Source: a virus. From it: 64,000 nucleotides of DNA. The stretch spans positions 1 through 64,000 of the IMG/VR virus record IMGVR_UViG_3300044981_000387; one strand, 5' to 3'. The notes under the pieces were generated by a model that did no database searches, was not told the origin of the DNA, and worked only from the letters and a program-made list of their open reading frames with translations. Numbering within the stretch: the stretch's first letter is position 1; every line of letters starts with the position of its first letter. Of the stretch, positions 9,254-19,033 are shown piece by piece. Made by a program: the position numbers and the translations under genes.

Positions 9254-10975
9254 TTATCCGAAGATTTTAGAGTTATTGAAAACTGCGCCTTCGTAAGTTT
9301 CGTCCATACCTTTTCTAAACAATGGACGACAATGACCATCTTTGTCTTGGTATACCTTGTTGATAGGTAGACCGGTATGAGAGCATACTGGATGTTCACT
9401 AATAGCACTCTTAATCATCTTAGAGCATTGAGTAGCAACCATCTTATTACCTGCTAATCCATTCATATAAATCTGGAAAGCAGTGGCATAAGCCTTAGTA
9501 TCCCCTGAATGAGCTAACACATTAAGGGCATCTTCTGCCTTATCATAGTTGTTATCATCTAGGGCGGCACGTAAGTCGTCAATAACTTGGCTGGGCTTAA
9601 GGGCGGACATAGTAGAAGCGGCAGCCGCTACCTTGGTATCTACACGCTTATCAGCCACTAACTGATTAAGACCCGCTTGACTAAAGCTGGCAATAGAGCC
9701 GTTACACATTAACACGGTGGGTTTGGTTAATTTACCATTAACTACCTTAACTGGAACAGTAAAAGCTACTTTACCAGTATCTACAGAGACACCAAATAAA
9801 AGAGTTTGGTCTTTATGACCTAACACCACTACTTGTGGGTTGCGATGACCAAAAGAGGCTAATTCACGCACGATATGATTTCGAGCAGCGTTAACCTTAT
9901 CGGCACCAAACTCCCAAGCGGCTAATCCTTGAATAGTGTTAAAATTGTTCTCGAAGTCATTAGCTTGCTCAAACTTAGGCAACTCCACATCTTTCTGAGA
10001 AGCTTCAACTACTTTTTGACCAACCACTTGACCTTGGAAGAACTCCGATTTACCTTGACGCTTAGCAGTTAAACGAGTCAAAGCTAATTCGGCATCACTG
10101 ACTTCACGATTCTCAGAAGCAGCCTTAGTCAAAACACCTAAAATACTGGCGGCATCTACTTGTAGTTTGGAACCCGCTAGAATGGTGAGGTAAGATTTAA
10201 TATTAGTGTGATTAAGTTCTTGTGGACCAGCATTGCCCATAAAGACGGCTGCCTCTACCACATTAGCATTATGAACTTCCACTGGAACATAGAAACTAGT
10301 GATTCCCTTAGGGGTTTCATAGTCGGCTTTGATGACAAGGAACTTATCACTACCGGCACTAACGGTCAACGCAGTAGGACGAAGATTCCAAGCATCCAAG
10401 GTATCTCCAACAGATTTTAATGCTTTATTGGCCAAAGGCTGAGAATACATCTTCAATGGAATGTGTTTATCAAAAGCGCTCTCTAGAGCGTTGGCTAATA
10501 CCTGATCACCTACATGATAGGTATCTACAGCAGAAGACTCTTTTCTTTGCTCAGTGCAGTCATGGCATTTTGCATGTACTTCAGATTCAGCTATAGGCTC
10601 AACTTTTGCCCCATTTTTTTCATGCTCATCGGCGTGTTTTTTACAAGCAGCCCATCCATTATGAGGATACTTAACACTATACAAAGAAGAAGCAACTTTT
10701 TCACCCAATTCATCTTGGAACAATTCAGCAAACTTGCTGCCACGAGAATATAATTTTTGATAGAGAGCCTTGAACTCTCCCTTACGAATAAAAAAGGTCT
10801 TATTAGAAGCCATATCGCTAATAACTCTAGAGACCATACCAATAGTTTGATCGTGCGGATAGGCAGCCATACACTTGGTTAGTTTGACAGCCAAAACTGG
10901 AGTAGCCAATTTTTCATTGTTCTCCACCGTCTTTGCTAAAGAACTGACTAGTTGTTGTATTTTGTCGAGGCTCAT
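9254..10975 (-). CDS. Large hypothetical protein with C-terminal Cys cluster, probably morphogenesis-related
   Basis: 573-aa ORF; CSKM...CSHTG...HCRP at C-terminus. Confidence 0.6.
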   Translation of the reverse strand: MSLDKIQQLVSSLAKTVENNEKLATPVLAVKLTKCMAAYPHDQTIGMVSRVISDMASNKTFFIRKGEFKALYQKLYSRGSKFAELFQDELGEKVASSLYSVKYPHNGWAACKKHADEHEKNGAKVEPIAESEVHAKCHDCTEQRKESSAVDTYHVGDQVLANALESAFDKHIPLKMYSQPLANKALKSVGDTLDAWNLRPTALTVSAGSDKFLVIKADYETPKGITSFYVPVEVHNANVVEAAVFMGNAGPQELNHTNIKSYLTILAGSKLQVDAASILGVLTKAASENREVSDAELALTRLTAKRQGKSEFFQGQVVGQKVVEASQKDVELPKFEQANDFENNFNTIQGLAAWEFGADKVNAARNHIVRELASFGHRNPQVVVLGHKDQTLLFGVSVDTGKVAFTVPVKVVNGKLTKPTVLMCNGSIASFSQAGLNQLVADKRVDTKVAAAASTMSALKPSQVIDDLRAALDDNNYDKAEDALNVLAHSGDTKAYATAFQIYMNGLAGNKMVATQCSKMIKSAISEHPVCSHTGLPINKVYQDKDGHCRPLFRKGMDETYEGAVFNNSKIFG

Positions 10976-10991
10976 GTATACACCTATTCCG

Positions 10992-11447
10992 TTATGCTAA
11001 TTCCGGGTACTTTTTGAGTACCTCTTGCTTAGCTTCAGTAGTTAGCTCGTTGAGTAAAGCCTTGACCAGCTTCTTGTTAGAGGTTAATTTTTCTGGCAAG
11101 TATTGGGTAACTTGACCTAGCTCTTCGCGTGGAATACCCAATTTAGTAAAAGGTAGGCGTACCAAAGGATCGCCCTTATAAGCAACCTGGAGTACTCCAG
11201 CAGTCTTAGTAATCAAGACGCTCCAATCACAAGCAGTCTTGTTGTTTTCTTCCTCGTCACCATATAAAGCCACAATATAGTCACCATCATCAGCGCTTTG
11301 CACTTCCCATAGTTCAGCGCCCTTGTCGCCATCCTTGAAGCGTACCACATCGAAAGCCACAGTCTCTAATTCATCTTTTACATCAGAGAGTCGGTATGCC
11401 TTTTTAGTGAGCAAAGCCGTATAATCAACATTGAATTTGGACATCAT
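10992..11447 (-). CDS. Hypothetical protein
   Basis: 151-aa ORF at head of a minus-strand block; GGAG RBS before the second Met. Confidence 0.6.
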   Translation of the reverse strand: MMSKFNVDYTALLTKKAYRLSDVKDELETVAFDVVRFKDGDKGAELWEVQSADDGDYIVALYGDEEENNKTACDWSVLITKTAGVLQVAYKGDPLVRLPFTKLGIPREELGQVTQYLPEKLTSNKKLVKALLNELTTEAKQEVLKKYPELA

Positions 11448-11589
11448 ATCTCCAGTAACGCAGAAGGAACCCTATCATAGATAGAGAAATATTGATAATA
11501 TTCCATACTTTTAGTAGATTCCCACTAATAGATAAATTGCAGAATATTACCAAAATATCCACCTCTAACTAATATTAGGGCATTTAAGC

Positions 11590-11847
11590 ATGAAAAAGAC
11601 CAACGATCTTATTATTCTTGCCGACTCAATGACAGAAAAATATGATATCGCCAAAACAGCTCAAGTAAAAGACGCACTAAGCATGGCTTTGATGGATTGC
11701 CTTATGGATATTCACAAATATCTTCAAGACCCTAGACTTTCCGCGCTATACGAAGAGCCTGCAATTAAACATAAAATTAAAGAAGTAATCTCTGTTATGC
11801 AGCAGCTAGTTATGCAACTAAACGGACCTACATTGCCAATAAAATAA
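11590..11847 (+). CDS. Small hypothetical protein (KTAQ motif), divergently transcribed
   Basis: 85-aa ORF filling the gap; its stop abuts the convergent HNH gene. Confidence 0.55.
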   Translation: MKKTNDLIILADSMTEKYDIAKTAQVKDALSMALMDCLMDIHKYLQDPRLSALYEEPAIKHKIKEVISVMQQLVMQLNGPTLPIK

Positions 11848-12735
11848 TCATTTTATTTTACGCCTTTCGCGTCGATACTCGTTGAAACATTCTTTGCAAT
11901 AGGTATCTAACCCAGATACCGTTTTCTTATTGGGACGAAATAACGCTCCATCCAGAATCTCATGACACAACCCACACTCTTTGGTATTGGTGACGGAATC
12001 GTAAAATAGTTCTTGTCTCTTGGGCGCAGCTTCTCGGGGAGCCGAATATTTGTCGTCTTGCTGCTCCACAATCGATTTTCTACGATGACATAGAGCGCAC
12101 AACACTTGGCACTTGGTTAGTTCGGCTTGCAGTATTTCTAGCTTACGACTTTTCAGATCACACACATCATATAGCTTAGTGGTGGGATCGATGTGGTCGA
12201 TCTGCATATTGAAAGACTCATATTGTTGCCCGCACATTGCACATGGCTTATTCTTAAACTCGTTAATAATGTCAATGTTTCTTATATTATGAGGACGATA
12301 TTTTCTATCATCACCCAAAACTTCATCAAAACGGACATGCGTTCGTCTATTATGACATAGCAAACAGACTAAATCGCACTTCGTAATTTCTAATAAAATA
12401 ATTTCTTTAGAGGTATTATCCAATACCATTCGAGAAACACCCTTAATTTTTTCACCACGTCCGGGCACATGATCGTAGTCCATACAATATGGTTCGTAAA
12501 TCTGACCACAATCTACACAAGGCGTGTTAGATTTTAGATCCTGAAACCATTGAATGCGAAGGGCTCGCTTATTGTTATTATAATCTCGGCTTGTTTGTAA
12601 GTCTTCATTATATTTATCTTTACGATATTGTCGATGACAATCTTCACACCATGGAAAAAGACCATCGGCTGACTTTGCCTGTTTGACAAAGCAGCCGATA
12701 TCTTTGGATTCACCACATTTAGAGCAAGTTTTCAT
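11848..12735 (-). CDS. HNH-family homing-endonuclease-like protein with two HNH modules and terminal Zn-finger repeats
   Basis: CVDC..DYDH...CLLCH and CAMC..QIDH...CALCH; CSKC/CEDC at N-terminus, CGLC/CKEC at C-terminus. Confidence 0.8.
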   Translation of the reverse strand: MKTCSKCGESKDIGCFVKQAKSADGLFPWCEDCHRQYRKDKYNEDLQTSRDYNNNKRALRIQWFQDLKSNTPCVDCGQIYEPYCMDYDHVPGRGEKIKGVSRMVLDNTSKEIILLEITKCDLVCLLCHNRRTHVRFDEVLGDDRKYRPHNIRNIDIINEFKNKPCAMCGQQYESFNMQIDHIDPTTKLYDVCDLKSRKLEILQAELTKCQVLCALCHRRKSIVEQQDDKYSAPREAAPKRQELFYDSVTNTKECGLCHEILDGALFRPNKKTVSGLDTYCKECFNEYRRERRKIK

Positions 12736-12743
12736 ACTGATAC

Positions 12744-12751
12744 ATATATCA
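12744..12751 (-). promoter_or_regulatory. TGATATAT promoter-like motif (also at 13604, 23733, 30848, 37793, 55155, 59985, 61308)
   Basis: Eight exact copies at gene boundaries, all oriented with the downstream minus-strand gene. Confidence 0.6.
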
Positions 12752-12779
12752 GTTTATTGCGTGTTTTTGATCAATTTTT

Positions 12780-13238
12780 TTACCATGAGTTTTCACGCAA
12801 TTCTGCCATCTCTTGCAGAATTCCCTTAATAACATCGTCTAACTCTATGATCTTCCTTATCTTTTTTCTGGCTCCACCATAAACTTTTTTGCCGTTCTTA
12901 TAATCAACATTACCATTTAAGCTCTTCGTAATGCTACTCTGATTGACATTCAGCATCTTAGCAATTTCCATTTGCGTATAACCATCAGCATACAAACGAA
13001 TCACTTCTCTTTGCCTTTCAGTCAATAAAGTATCTACCACTCTCCAGAACTCTTTCTTCAATCGATCCTCTAGTTCTAACATTCTTTCATCATACGCAAA
13101 ACCTCCAGATAGTCTAGCATAGATACTGTCGTCATTACAGAAAGCTTCCATCATATCATTGGAGCATGCTGTCTCCAAAAGTACCCACTGGTACGAGTCA
13201 GACCTGTTCTTTCTTCTATTATCGTAGTTATTAACCAT
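12780..13238 (-). CDS. Sigma-70 region 4-like HTH protein (phage sigma factor or transcription regulator)
   Basis: LTERQREVIRLY.DGYTQMEIAKMLNVNQSSIT. Confidence 0.75.
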   Translation of the reverse strand: MVNNYDNRRKNRSDSYQWVLLETACSNDMMEAFCNDDSIYARLSGGFAYDERMLELEDRLKKEFWRVVDTLLTERQREVIRLYADGYTQMEIAKMLNVNQSSITKSLNGNVDYKNGKKVYGGARKKIRKIIELDDVIKGILQEMAELRENSW

Positions 13239-13303
13239 ATAGACCGCCTTATAGTTTAATTTTGTGTCTTAAAAGTAACTCTCTAATTGTAGTTTTACCA
13301 CAA

Positions 13304-13570
13304 TTAAGTTGTAGATATAGTATCTCCAGCCCAAATCCAAGTAGTTTCTTCATTACCCTTGTCTGTTAACTCAAAGCATCTATCTTTTGATCCTGGCCCC
13401 ATATGCTTTTCAGTAGTTTCTAATAACCAGCCACGAGCTATCAATTGATCGGCTACCTTATGATGTTCTAAATCACTAGTAGCAAATACGCCGCCCTCCT
13501 TTTGGACAATTTTTAGATATCCAAGCAGATCAACGAGCACCATTTTATCTATATATTCTTTTTGATCCAT
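13304..13570 (-). CDS. Small hypothetical protein, winged-helix-like
   Basis: Likely start MDQKE with GAGG RBS; LI.RGWL...FELTDKG wing pattern. Confidence 0.45.
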   Translation of the reverse strand: MDQKEYIDKMVLVDLLGYLKIVQKEGGVFATSDLEHHKVADQLIARGWLLETTEKHMGPGSKDRCFELTDKGNEETTWIWAGDTISTT

Positions 13571-13642
13571 AAACCACCTCTTCCAAATAAAGACACAATC
13601 ATAATATATCAATGAGAAAATTATGACAATTTAGATAAAAAA

Positions 13643-14410
13643 TCAATCTTTAACAACAAAAGACAAGTCCGCGTAATCACTAATTTGGTCTTTAGTGATG
13701 TACTCGTCAATATCCTTGAAGCTTTCTGGGACGTAAAAATTACGAATATTGGCCAATTGGCCAAACTTATCCAATGCGCGTTTCCTCCCTTTTTGGCCAG
13801 CTTCATCATTATCCAACAACAAAAATATGTTGTTGGTGTATCTGCTAATGACAGAAAATTGATAGGGAGTCATGATATTATTTCCTATAGCTACAATATT
13901 TCTGAATCCTATTTCTACCGCCTTAATAGTATCAAACTGTCCTTCTACGATATAAACGCTGTTTTGGTCTAAAATATGTTGTTTATTTTCATAGAGACCA
14001 AACAAACAATGCCCCTTCTCAAAACCCTTAGTATTCTTATACTTAGATATCTCTCTGGCTTTCCATTCGGCTTCCGGCAACAAAGTCCTACATACTAGAC
14101 CCATAATATTGCCATAAGGGTCACGAAAGGGCATCATTAAAGGATGATGCTCAAAATGACAGAACTTGAAACGTCGAGGAAAAAGGGAGTCCTCTACATA
14201 TTTGTGGTATAATAGTTCTTCTTTCAGTAACTGATCTTCCCCCACTAAATCCGATAACACCTGAATATTATCGGTATTTGGGAAGTATCCAAACTGAAAA
14301 AGATCCTGACTTTCTTGGTTTAGACGACTGTCTAAATAGGATTTAACACCTTGTGCTTCTGGATAATTCTTCAACAGAAACCGACAAGACTCTACAATTT
14401 TCTCAAACAT
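13643..14410 (-). CDS. dnaG: DnaG-type primase catalytic core (TOPRIM) lacking the zinc-binding domain
   Basis: YL.SR...F.FGY.P, KYKNT, IVEGQFD, LDNDEAG, KDIDE motifs. Confidence 0.85.
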   Translation of the reverse strand: MFEKIVESCRFLLKNYPEAQGVKSYLDSRLNQESQDLFQFGYFPNTDNIQVLSDLVGEDQLLKEELLYHKYVEDSLFPRRFKFCHFEHHPLMMPFRDPYGNIMGLVCRTLLPEAEWKAREISKYKNTKGFEKGHCLFGLYENKQHILDQNSVYIVEGQFDTIKAVEIGFRNIVAIGNNIMTPYQFSVISRYTNNIFLLLDNDEAGQKGRKRALDKFGQLANIRNFYVPESFKDIDEYITKDQISDYADLSFVVKD

Positions 14411-14421
14411 AGCTTACTTTC

Positions 14422-14760
14422 TTATACGTCTTTTCCTACTGTTTTTAGCTTGTCTTTTAACATAATCTTGAATGGCTCACTTAAATGGTCCATTGTTTTT
14501 TGACAGGCTCGACATACTATATCGTCCTTCACCAGCTTGGGGCGCTCTTCCGCACCACACTTGGGACACTTGACGGCAAACGATGCAATCACTTTTTTCT
14601 TGAATTGCTTGGAAGCCTTCATCTGGGCTTTAGCAAAATAAGTTACATTAACTATTTCTTTATCACATTTAGAACAATATACTTTATCCGTTTGAGGATC
14701 CAAGTACGGCTCCATAGTATCTCCACAACCCTTATTCGTACAGCTCATAGAAAAAGCCAT
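14422..14760 (-). CDS. Zinc-ribbon hypothetical protein
   Basis: Four CxxC-type pairs. Confidence 0.6.
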   Translation of the reverse strand: MAFSMSCTNKGCGDTMEPYLDPQTDKVYCSKCDKEIVNVTYFAKAQMKASKQFKKKVIASFAVKCPKCGAEERPKLVKDDIVCRACQKTMDHLSEPFKIMLKDKLKTVGKDV

Positions 14761-15714
14761 TTAGTTTCCTTCTTGTAAAATATCGATCAATCTAGCCTTG
14801 TCGTCAGGGTAATTTACCGTAAAGATAACGCGATGTCTGATATTATGGTCTCCTACTGATAGAACCATTTCTTCTTTATTTTTAATACCGCCATCTATCA
14901 CTATTTCTTTATCGCCATCAATAGTAGGAACGGTGCGGGTGCAGCCACGCAGAGCATCTAAAAGAGGTAAGGTTAAGTTAGAGACTACATCCTTACCTTC
15001 TAAACGCAATCCGGATTGCGGAGTCACTTTGACGCGGAGATGCACATCAGTGTATTGATCTTGCAAACCCATAAAGGTGCCAGCAAAGTTACCCATACCT
15101 TGCAAACGTAAAACATTACCATCCACCATTGCCGCAGGCACCGATACATGTACCGAAGCTTCTGTTTCTATTAAGCCTGTACTGCTACAGTTGGTGCAAG
15201 GATTGCTTTGACTACGACCTAAACATTCACTACACGTGCGTATAAATACATGGCTACCATTGCGAGAAACAACTTGACCTGCACCCCCACAAGTTTTACA
15301 ACCATTATTAGTTGGCTTATTACCACTGCCTTGACAATGTGGACATTTAATTTGTCTAGAATAGGTTATTTCAATTTTACATCCCTGTGCCGCATCCTTG
15401 AAAGAAATGGTAGTATATAAATCTATATTACTAGATAAATGTTGTTTGGTAGCTCGTCCAGGACCATTTCTATTAAAAATGTCATGGATATGCTGATTAG
15501 TAAAACCACCCCAATCAGCGACAGATGGTTCATCTTTTCCAGCCTGAATGGTTTGATAAGCTTCACTGATTTTCTTGAAGGTCGCTTCGGCATCGGGAGC
15601 CTTGTTAACATCAGGATGGAACTCTTTGGCCAATTTCTTATATTGTTTCTTAACCTCTTCGGGGGTAGCATCAGAAGATAGGTTGATAATTTTATAAGCT
15701 TCAGATAATTTCAT
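14761..15714 (-). CDS. dnaJ: DnaJ chaperone (J domain, Zn fingers, C-terminal domain)
   Basis: HPD motif; CPHCQGSG and CKTCGGAG repeats; C-terminal beta domain. Confidence 0.92.
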   Translation of the reverse strand: MKLSEAYKIINLSSDATPEEVKKQYKKLAKEFHPDVNKAPDAEATFKKISEAYQTIQAGKDEPSVADWGGFTNQHIHDIFNRNGPGRATKQHLSSNIDLYTTISFKDAAQGCKIEITYSRQIKCPHCQGSGNKPTNNGCKTCGGAGQVVSRNGSHVFIRTCSECLGRSQSNPCTNCSSTGLIETEASVHVSVPAAMVDGNVLRLQGMGNFAGTFMGLQDQYTDVHLRVKVTPQSGLRLEGKDVVSNLTLPLLDALRGCTRTVPTIDGDKEIVIDGGIKNKEEMVLSVGDHNIRHRVIFTVNYPDDKARLIDILQEGN

Positions 15715-16265
15715 TTCTTTTTACTCTTACGTTGGATGCGCCCAGTTAATAGGAAGGCGTAGTACAAGGCTACTGCAGCCCCGTCTGCCATATCCATACT
15801 AATCTCATTAATTTTACCACTTTTTTTATAGATATATGGAAACTTAATATTTAAGTGATGTGCCACTAATTCAGGCATATCTTGTTTTTGAGGAAGAACT
15901 TTATCAGTTTTTAATCCATGACGGATAGATAACACATTAAATAATTCTGGTTGTCGTTGTAAATAATCGTGGGCTAACAAACATACCATACGATTAAACG
16001 TAGTTAATACAACGACAGTAGTTGCCGTACTTTTAGGCATAAACTTAATTAAATCTTCAATACCAATATAGTCGGGCTTCATTTCGTTTATTATAGCATT
16101 TAACTTATTTCTGGTATCTACAATGCGCTCCATTATCTTGCCTTTTTTAGAGGGCTTTAGATAATTCATACTAACATATTTAATGTTATTAGAAGCTTCA
16201 TCTATATCTAATACACAATATCCGATCGTTTGACTGGAAATATCGAATCCTAGTATTCTTTTCAT
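15711..16265 (-). CDS. RuvC-like Holliday junction resolvase
   Basis: ILGFDIS..TIGY, IGIED, DMADG.AVA; likely start at MKRILG. Confidence 0.8.
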   Translation of the reverse strand: MKRILGFDISSQTIGYCVLDIDEASNNIKYVSMNYLKPSKKGKIMERIVDTRNKLNAIINEMKPDYIGIEDLIKFMPKSTATTVVVLTTFNRMVCLLAHDYLQRQPELFNVLSIRHGLKTDKVLPQKQDMPELVAHHLNIKFPYIYKKSGKINEISMDMADGAAVALYYAFLLTGRIQRKSKKK

Positions 16266-16344
16266 ACTAGGTAATATAACATGAAAATAGAAAAGGCTCA
16301 AAGTGATTAGACCTTGAGCCCTTTTGATTAAGGAACGAAACGAT

Positions 16345-17067
16345 TTATGCTTGATTTCCATCATAAGAAGGGAAGGAATTCTCCAACTCTTCATCGTCGG
16401 TCATGCTAACTGCAGGAGCAGTAGCAACTGGGGCAGCGGTTTTACCAGCCGTCTTCTTACCAGAAACGGTAGAAGTGGTATCAGTACTCACAACTCCATT
16501 GATCTTGTCCATTCTTCTCTGAACTACCTCGGCTTGAGGTGGAGTTACTCTACGCTTAAGATCATCCAAATCCACTTGCGTGTCTCTGATCTTTTGATCT
16601 TCAGCGGAAAGAGGTTCCTTGGAAATGGCCTGTACCGAGTAATAACCAGTAGCGCCGCCGTTCTTGTCGACCACGATATCGATATCATACTTGGTTGGAT
16701 CACCCCAACGATTAGTGTTTCTAGCATACTTACGAATCTGTCCAAAGACAGCGAAAGAAATATCCAACACCTTATAAGTTCCAGTCTTGCGACTAATCAC
16801 ACCTAGCAACCAACGTGGCTTGGCTTTATCGCCTAAATCACATAATGGGCATTCACCATGAATCTTGGAACAAGAAATCTTCTGTCCAAATCCAGTATCA
16901 CCTTCCTTCTTAAACTTGTGAACCAAGTATTGAAAAGGTTGAGTGATAATTCTCATCTCATTAGAACCTTCATCCAAACGGAGGAAGAGGTCTTTACTAT
17001 TTGTTTGTTTCTTGTTTTCGCCTGCGAAAACATCATCATTCCAGCTTACTTCTCCAAATGTAGTCAT
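16345..17067 (-). CDS. T4 gp32-like single-stranded DNA-binding protein
   Basis: FLRL..G.NEMRI, H...C....CPLC zinc site, acidic C-terminal tail. Confidence 0.7.
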   Translation of the reverse strand: MTTFGEVSWNDDVFAGENKKQTNSKDLFLRLDEGSNEMRIITQPFQYLVHKFKKEGDTGFGQKISCSKIHGECPLCDLGDKAKPRWLLGVISRKTGTYKVLDISFAVFGQIRKYARNTNRWGDPTKYDIDIVVDKNGGATGYYSVQAISKEPLSAEDQKIRDTQVDLDDLKRRVTPPQAEVVQRRMDKINGVVSTDTTSTVSGKKTAGKTAAPVATAPAVSMTDDEELENSFPSYDGNQA

Positions 17068-17147
17068 TTGATCTCCTAACGTTATTCTTTCTTACTGTAC
17101 ACTAAGGTACTTATCTATTTAACAAAACAATCGATCGTGATTTCACA

Positions 17148-17459
17148 TTAGCGTGAGAATCTAACAAAGCGAGTGCGTGCATGGTCAGGCGTACGAGAAA
17201 ATCTGACGCTGACACTGCGTGAGCGTAGTCGGTTGACTACTCTATTAACAACCACTCTGAGAGCACCAGGGGAACCTGGTAGCACTGTAGAGCGTTTCTT
17301 ACCTAATACTCTGACGAGAACTGTTTGCAATTCGGTCATAGTACCTGACCAACTTCTAACATTACTTCTATCCAACACCGTTAGAATGCCCGTTAAAACG
17401 ACGTTATCCACGTTGGTTTGAGCATTGCTACGGATTGTTGACTTACTTTTAGATGACAT
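17148..17459 (-). CDS. Small Arg/Ser/Val-rich basic protein
   Basis: Strongly basic; likely start at MSSKSK. Confidence 0.55.
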   Translation of the reverse strand: MSSKSKSTIRSNAQTNVDNVVLTGILTVLDRSNVRSWSGTMTELQTVLVRVLGKKRSTVLPGSPGALRVVVNRVVNRLRSRSVSVRFSRTPDHARTRFVRFSR

Positions 17460-17478
17460 AATTATTTCACTTTCTTGG

Positions 17479-17829
17479 TTATCTTGCAACCATTGTTGGT
17501 TTCACTGCATTGAAAATGAGGCTTCTAATATGTTTAACTCGATGAGTTGGAAACATCATTTCTAATACGGAGTCTTTGGGGGCTTGCGCCATAATATCTG
17601 AAAATCCTTTTACGATTACATCTTCGGCAAGAGCGGAGTAAATGCCTTTAGCACCTACAAAACCCTGCTCTAAAGTAGGACGATCTTGAGAAATGAAGAA
17701 GGTCTCCACCGATTTAACGCCTTTAGCAGTATGTACGACATCTGTTAAAGTAATTAGGTAGTAAGGTCGGGAACGAGTGGGAGTATTAGTTGGCACTCCA
17801 ATACTGGAGATTGCGATATCATTTGGCAT
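17479..17829 (-). CDS. Hypothetical protein
   Basis: Likely start MPNDIA directly after the recA stop. Confidence 0.55.
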   Translation of the reverse strand: MPNDIAISSIGVPTNTPTRSRPYYLITLTDVVHTAKGVKSVETFFISQDRPTLEQGFVGAKGIYSALAEDVIVKGFSDIMAQAPKDSVLEMMFPTHRVKHIRSLIFNAVKPTMVAR

Positions 17830-17830
17830 A

Positions 17831-19021
17831 TTACTTATCCTTCTTATTCTTTTTCTTCTCAGAGAGAACTTCTGCTTGAGCTTCAAAGGCGGCTCTTTTG
17901 GCTGCCTGTTCTTGTCTTTTCTGCTCCATCTTGGCTTCGCGTGCCTGACTGACCTTCAATAAAAGCTCTTCAGCTAAAACAGGATCAGCCTTAATAGCTT
18001 CACAAAACTTAGGAAAACCCACCCACTTACGATCTCCGTATTCATGAGATACACTGTTAGGTTTGATAACTACGTCATAGTCTAAGGCAAGTTGTGCGAT
18101 TTCCTCGTGCTTATCTATAACACCAATTCCGAAGTTGACCTTGAATTCGCACTTACGTGGCCAAGGCCCAAATTTTGACTTTTCGATAGTGGCACGAAGT
18201 GGATGTCCAATTTTGTTTTCTTTTTCGTCCAAAATAACAGAATCTTTACGTGATACCGCCTCGAAATATACGTTAGCACTTAAAGTGTGTGCATAAGTAT
18301 TACCGCCCGAAAAAGTATGATCAGCACCGTATGGATCCATATTATCTCTCTTATGATTGATAATAATAAAAGGAACTTGCGCCTTATTAACCTCTAAAGT
18401 CAGCTTACGGAAAGTGGTAGTAAGAAACCTAGCTAATAAAGCCATATTCATCTTGCCTACTGCCGAAACGTCTTCTCCTGGCGGCATGATAGAGCCCAAA
18501 GAATCTAGCACAATTAAATTGATATTAAACTCTCCACTAACAATGTGATCCAACATGCCAGGTTTGCTCTTCCCTTTCAGAATATGAGTCTTGGCGTCTT
18601 CTTTAGGAACGCCTAACAATAATTCAAAACATTTGCGACCATTAGCAGCAGTATCACTATCAATGACTAATACCCTAGAGGTATCTACCCCTAATACTTC
18701 TGCCCAATTCGGATCGAAAGTTTGTTCGGCATCAATAAACACTTGTTGTGCTGCGGGATCTTGTCGTTGGGCCTCAACCATAGCGATCATAGCCATTAAG
18801 GTCTTACCACTGCCGGTAGGCCCATAATATTGGATAAGCCTGCCTTTAGGGAGACCGCCAGATGACAAAGCGTCATCTAGCGCATAGGAACCAGTAGAAA
18901 TAACTGGAACTTTTTCACCCACCGTTTCGTGGGCCATTCGATAATCTATTTGTTCTTCTGAATCAGCAAAGCTGGCGAAAAATGCACTAAACTTGTCTTT
19001 CTTCTTTTTATCTTCTGACAT
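17831..19021 (-). CDS. recA: RecA-family recombinase
   Basis: ISTGSYALD.AL..GGLPKGR, Walker A GPTGSGKT, FIDAEQ, IVLDS, SGG, KSKFG. Confidence 0.93.
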   Translation of the reverse strand: MSEDKKKKDKFSAFFASFADSEEQIDYRMAHETVGEKVPVISTGSYALDDALSSGGLPKGRLIQYYGPTGSGKTLMAMIAMVEAQRQDPAAQQVFIDAEQTFDPNWAEVLGVDTSRVLVIDSDTAANGRKCFELLLGVPKEDAKTHILKGKSKPGMLDHIVSGEFNINLIVLDSLGSIMPPGEDVSAVGKMNMALLARFLTTTFRKLTLEVNKAQVPFIIINHKRDNMDPYGADHTFSGGNTYAHTLSANVYFEAVSRKDSVILDEKENKIGHPLRATIEKSKFGPWPRKCEFKVNFGIGVIDKHEEIAQLALDYDVVIKPNSVSHEYGDRKWVGFPKFCEAIKADPVLAEELLLKVSQAREAKMEQKRQEQAAKRAAFEAQAEVLSEKKKNKKDK

Positions 19022-19033
19022 TCTAACTCCAAT

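Noticed and set aside
13643-14410. Primase truncated by a frameshift or premature stop
   Set aside because: The upstream gene is an unrelated zinc-ribbon protein with its own start and stop, and a CHC2 domain exists as a separate intact gene.
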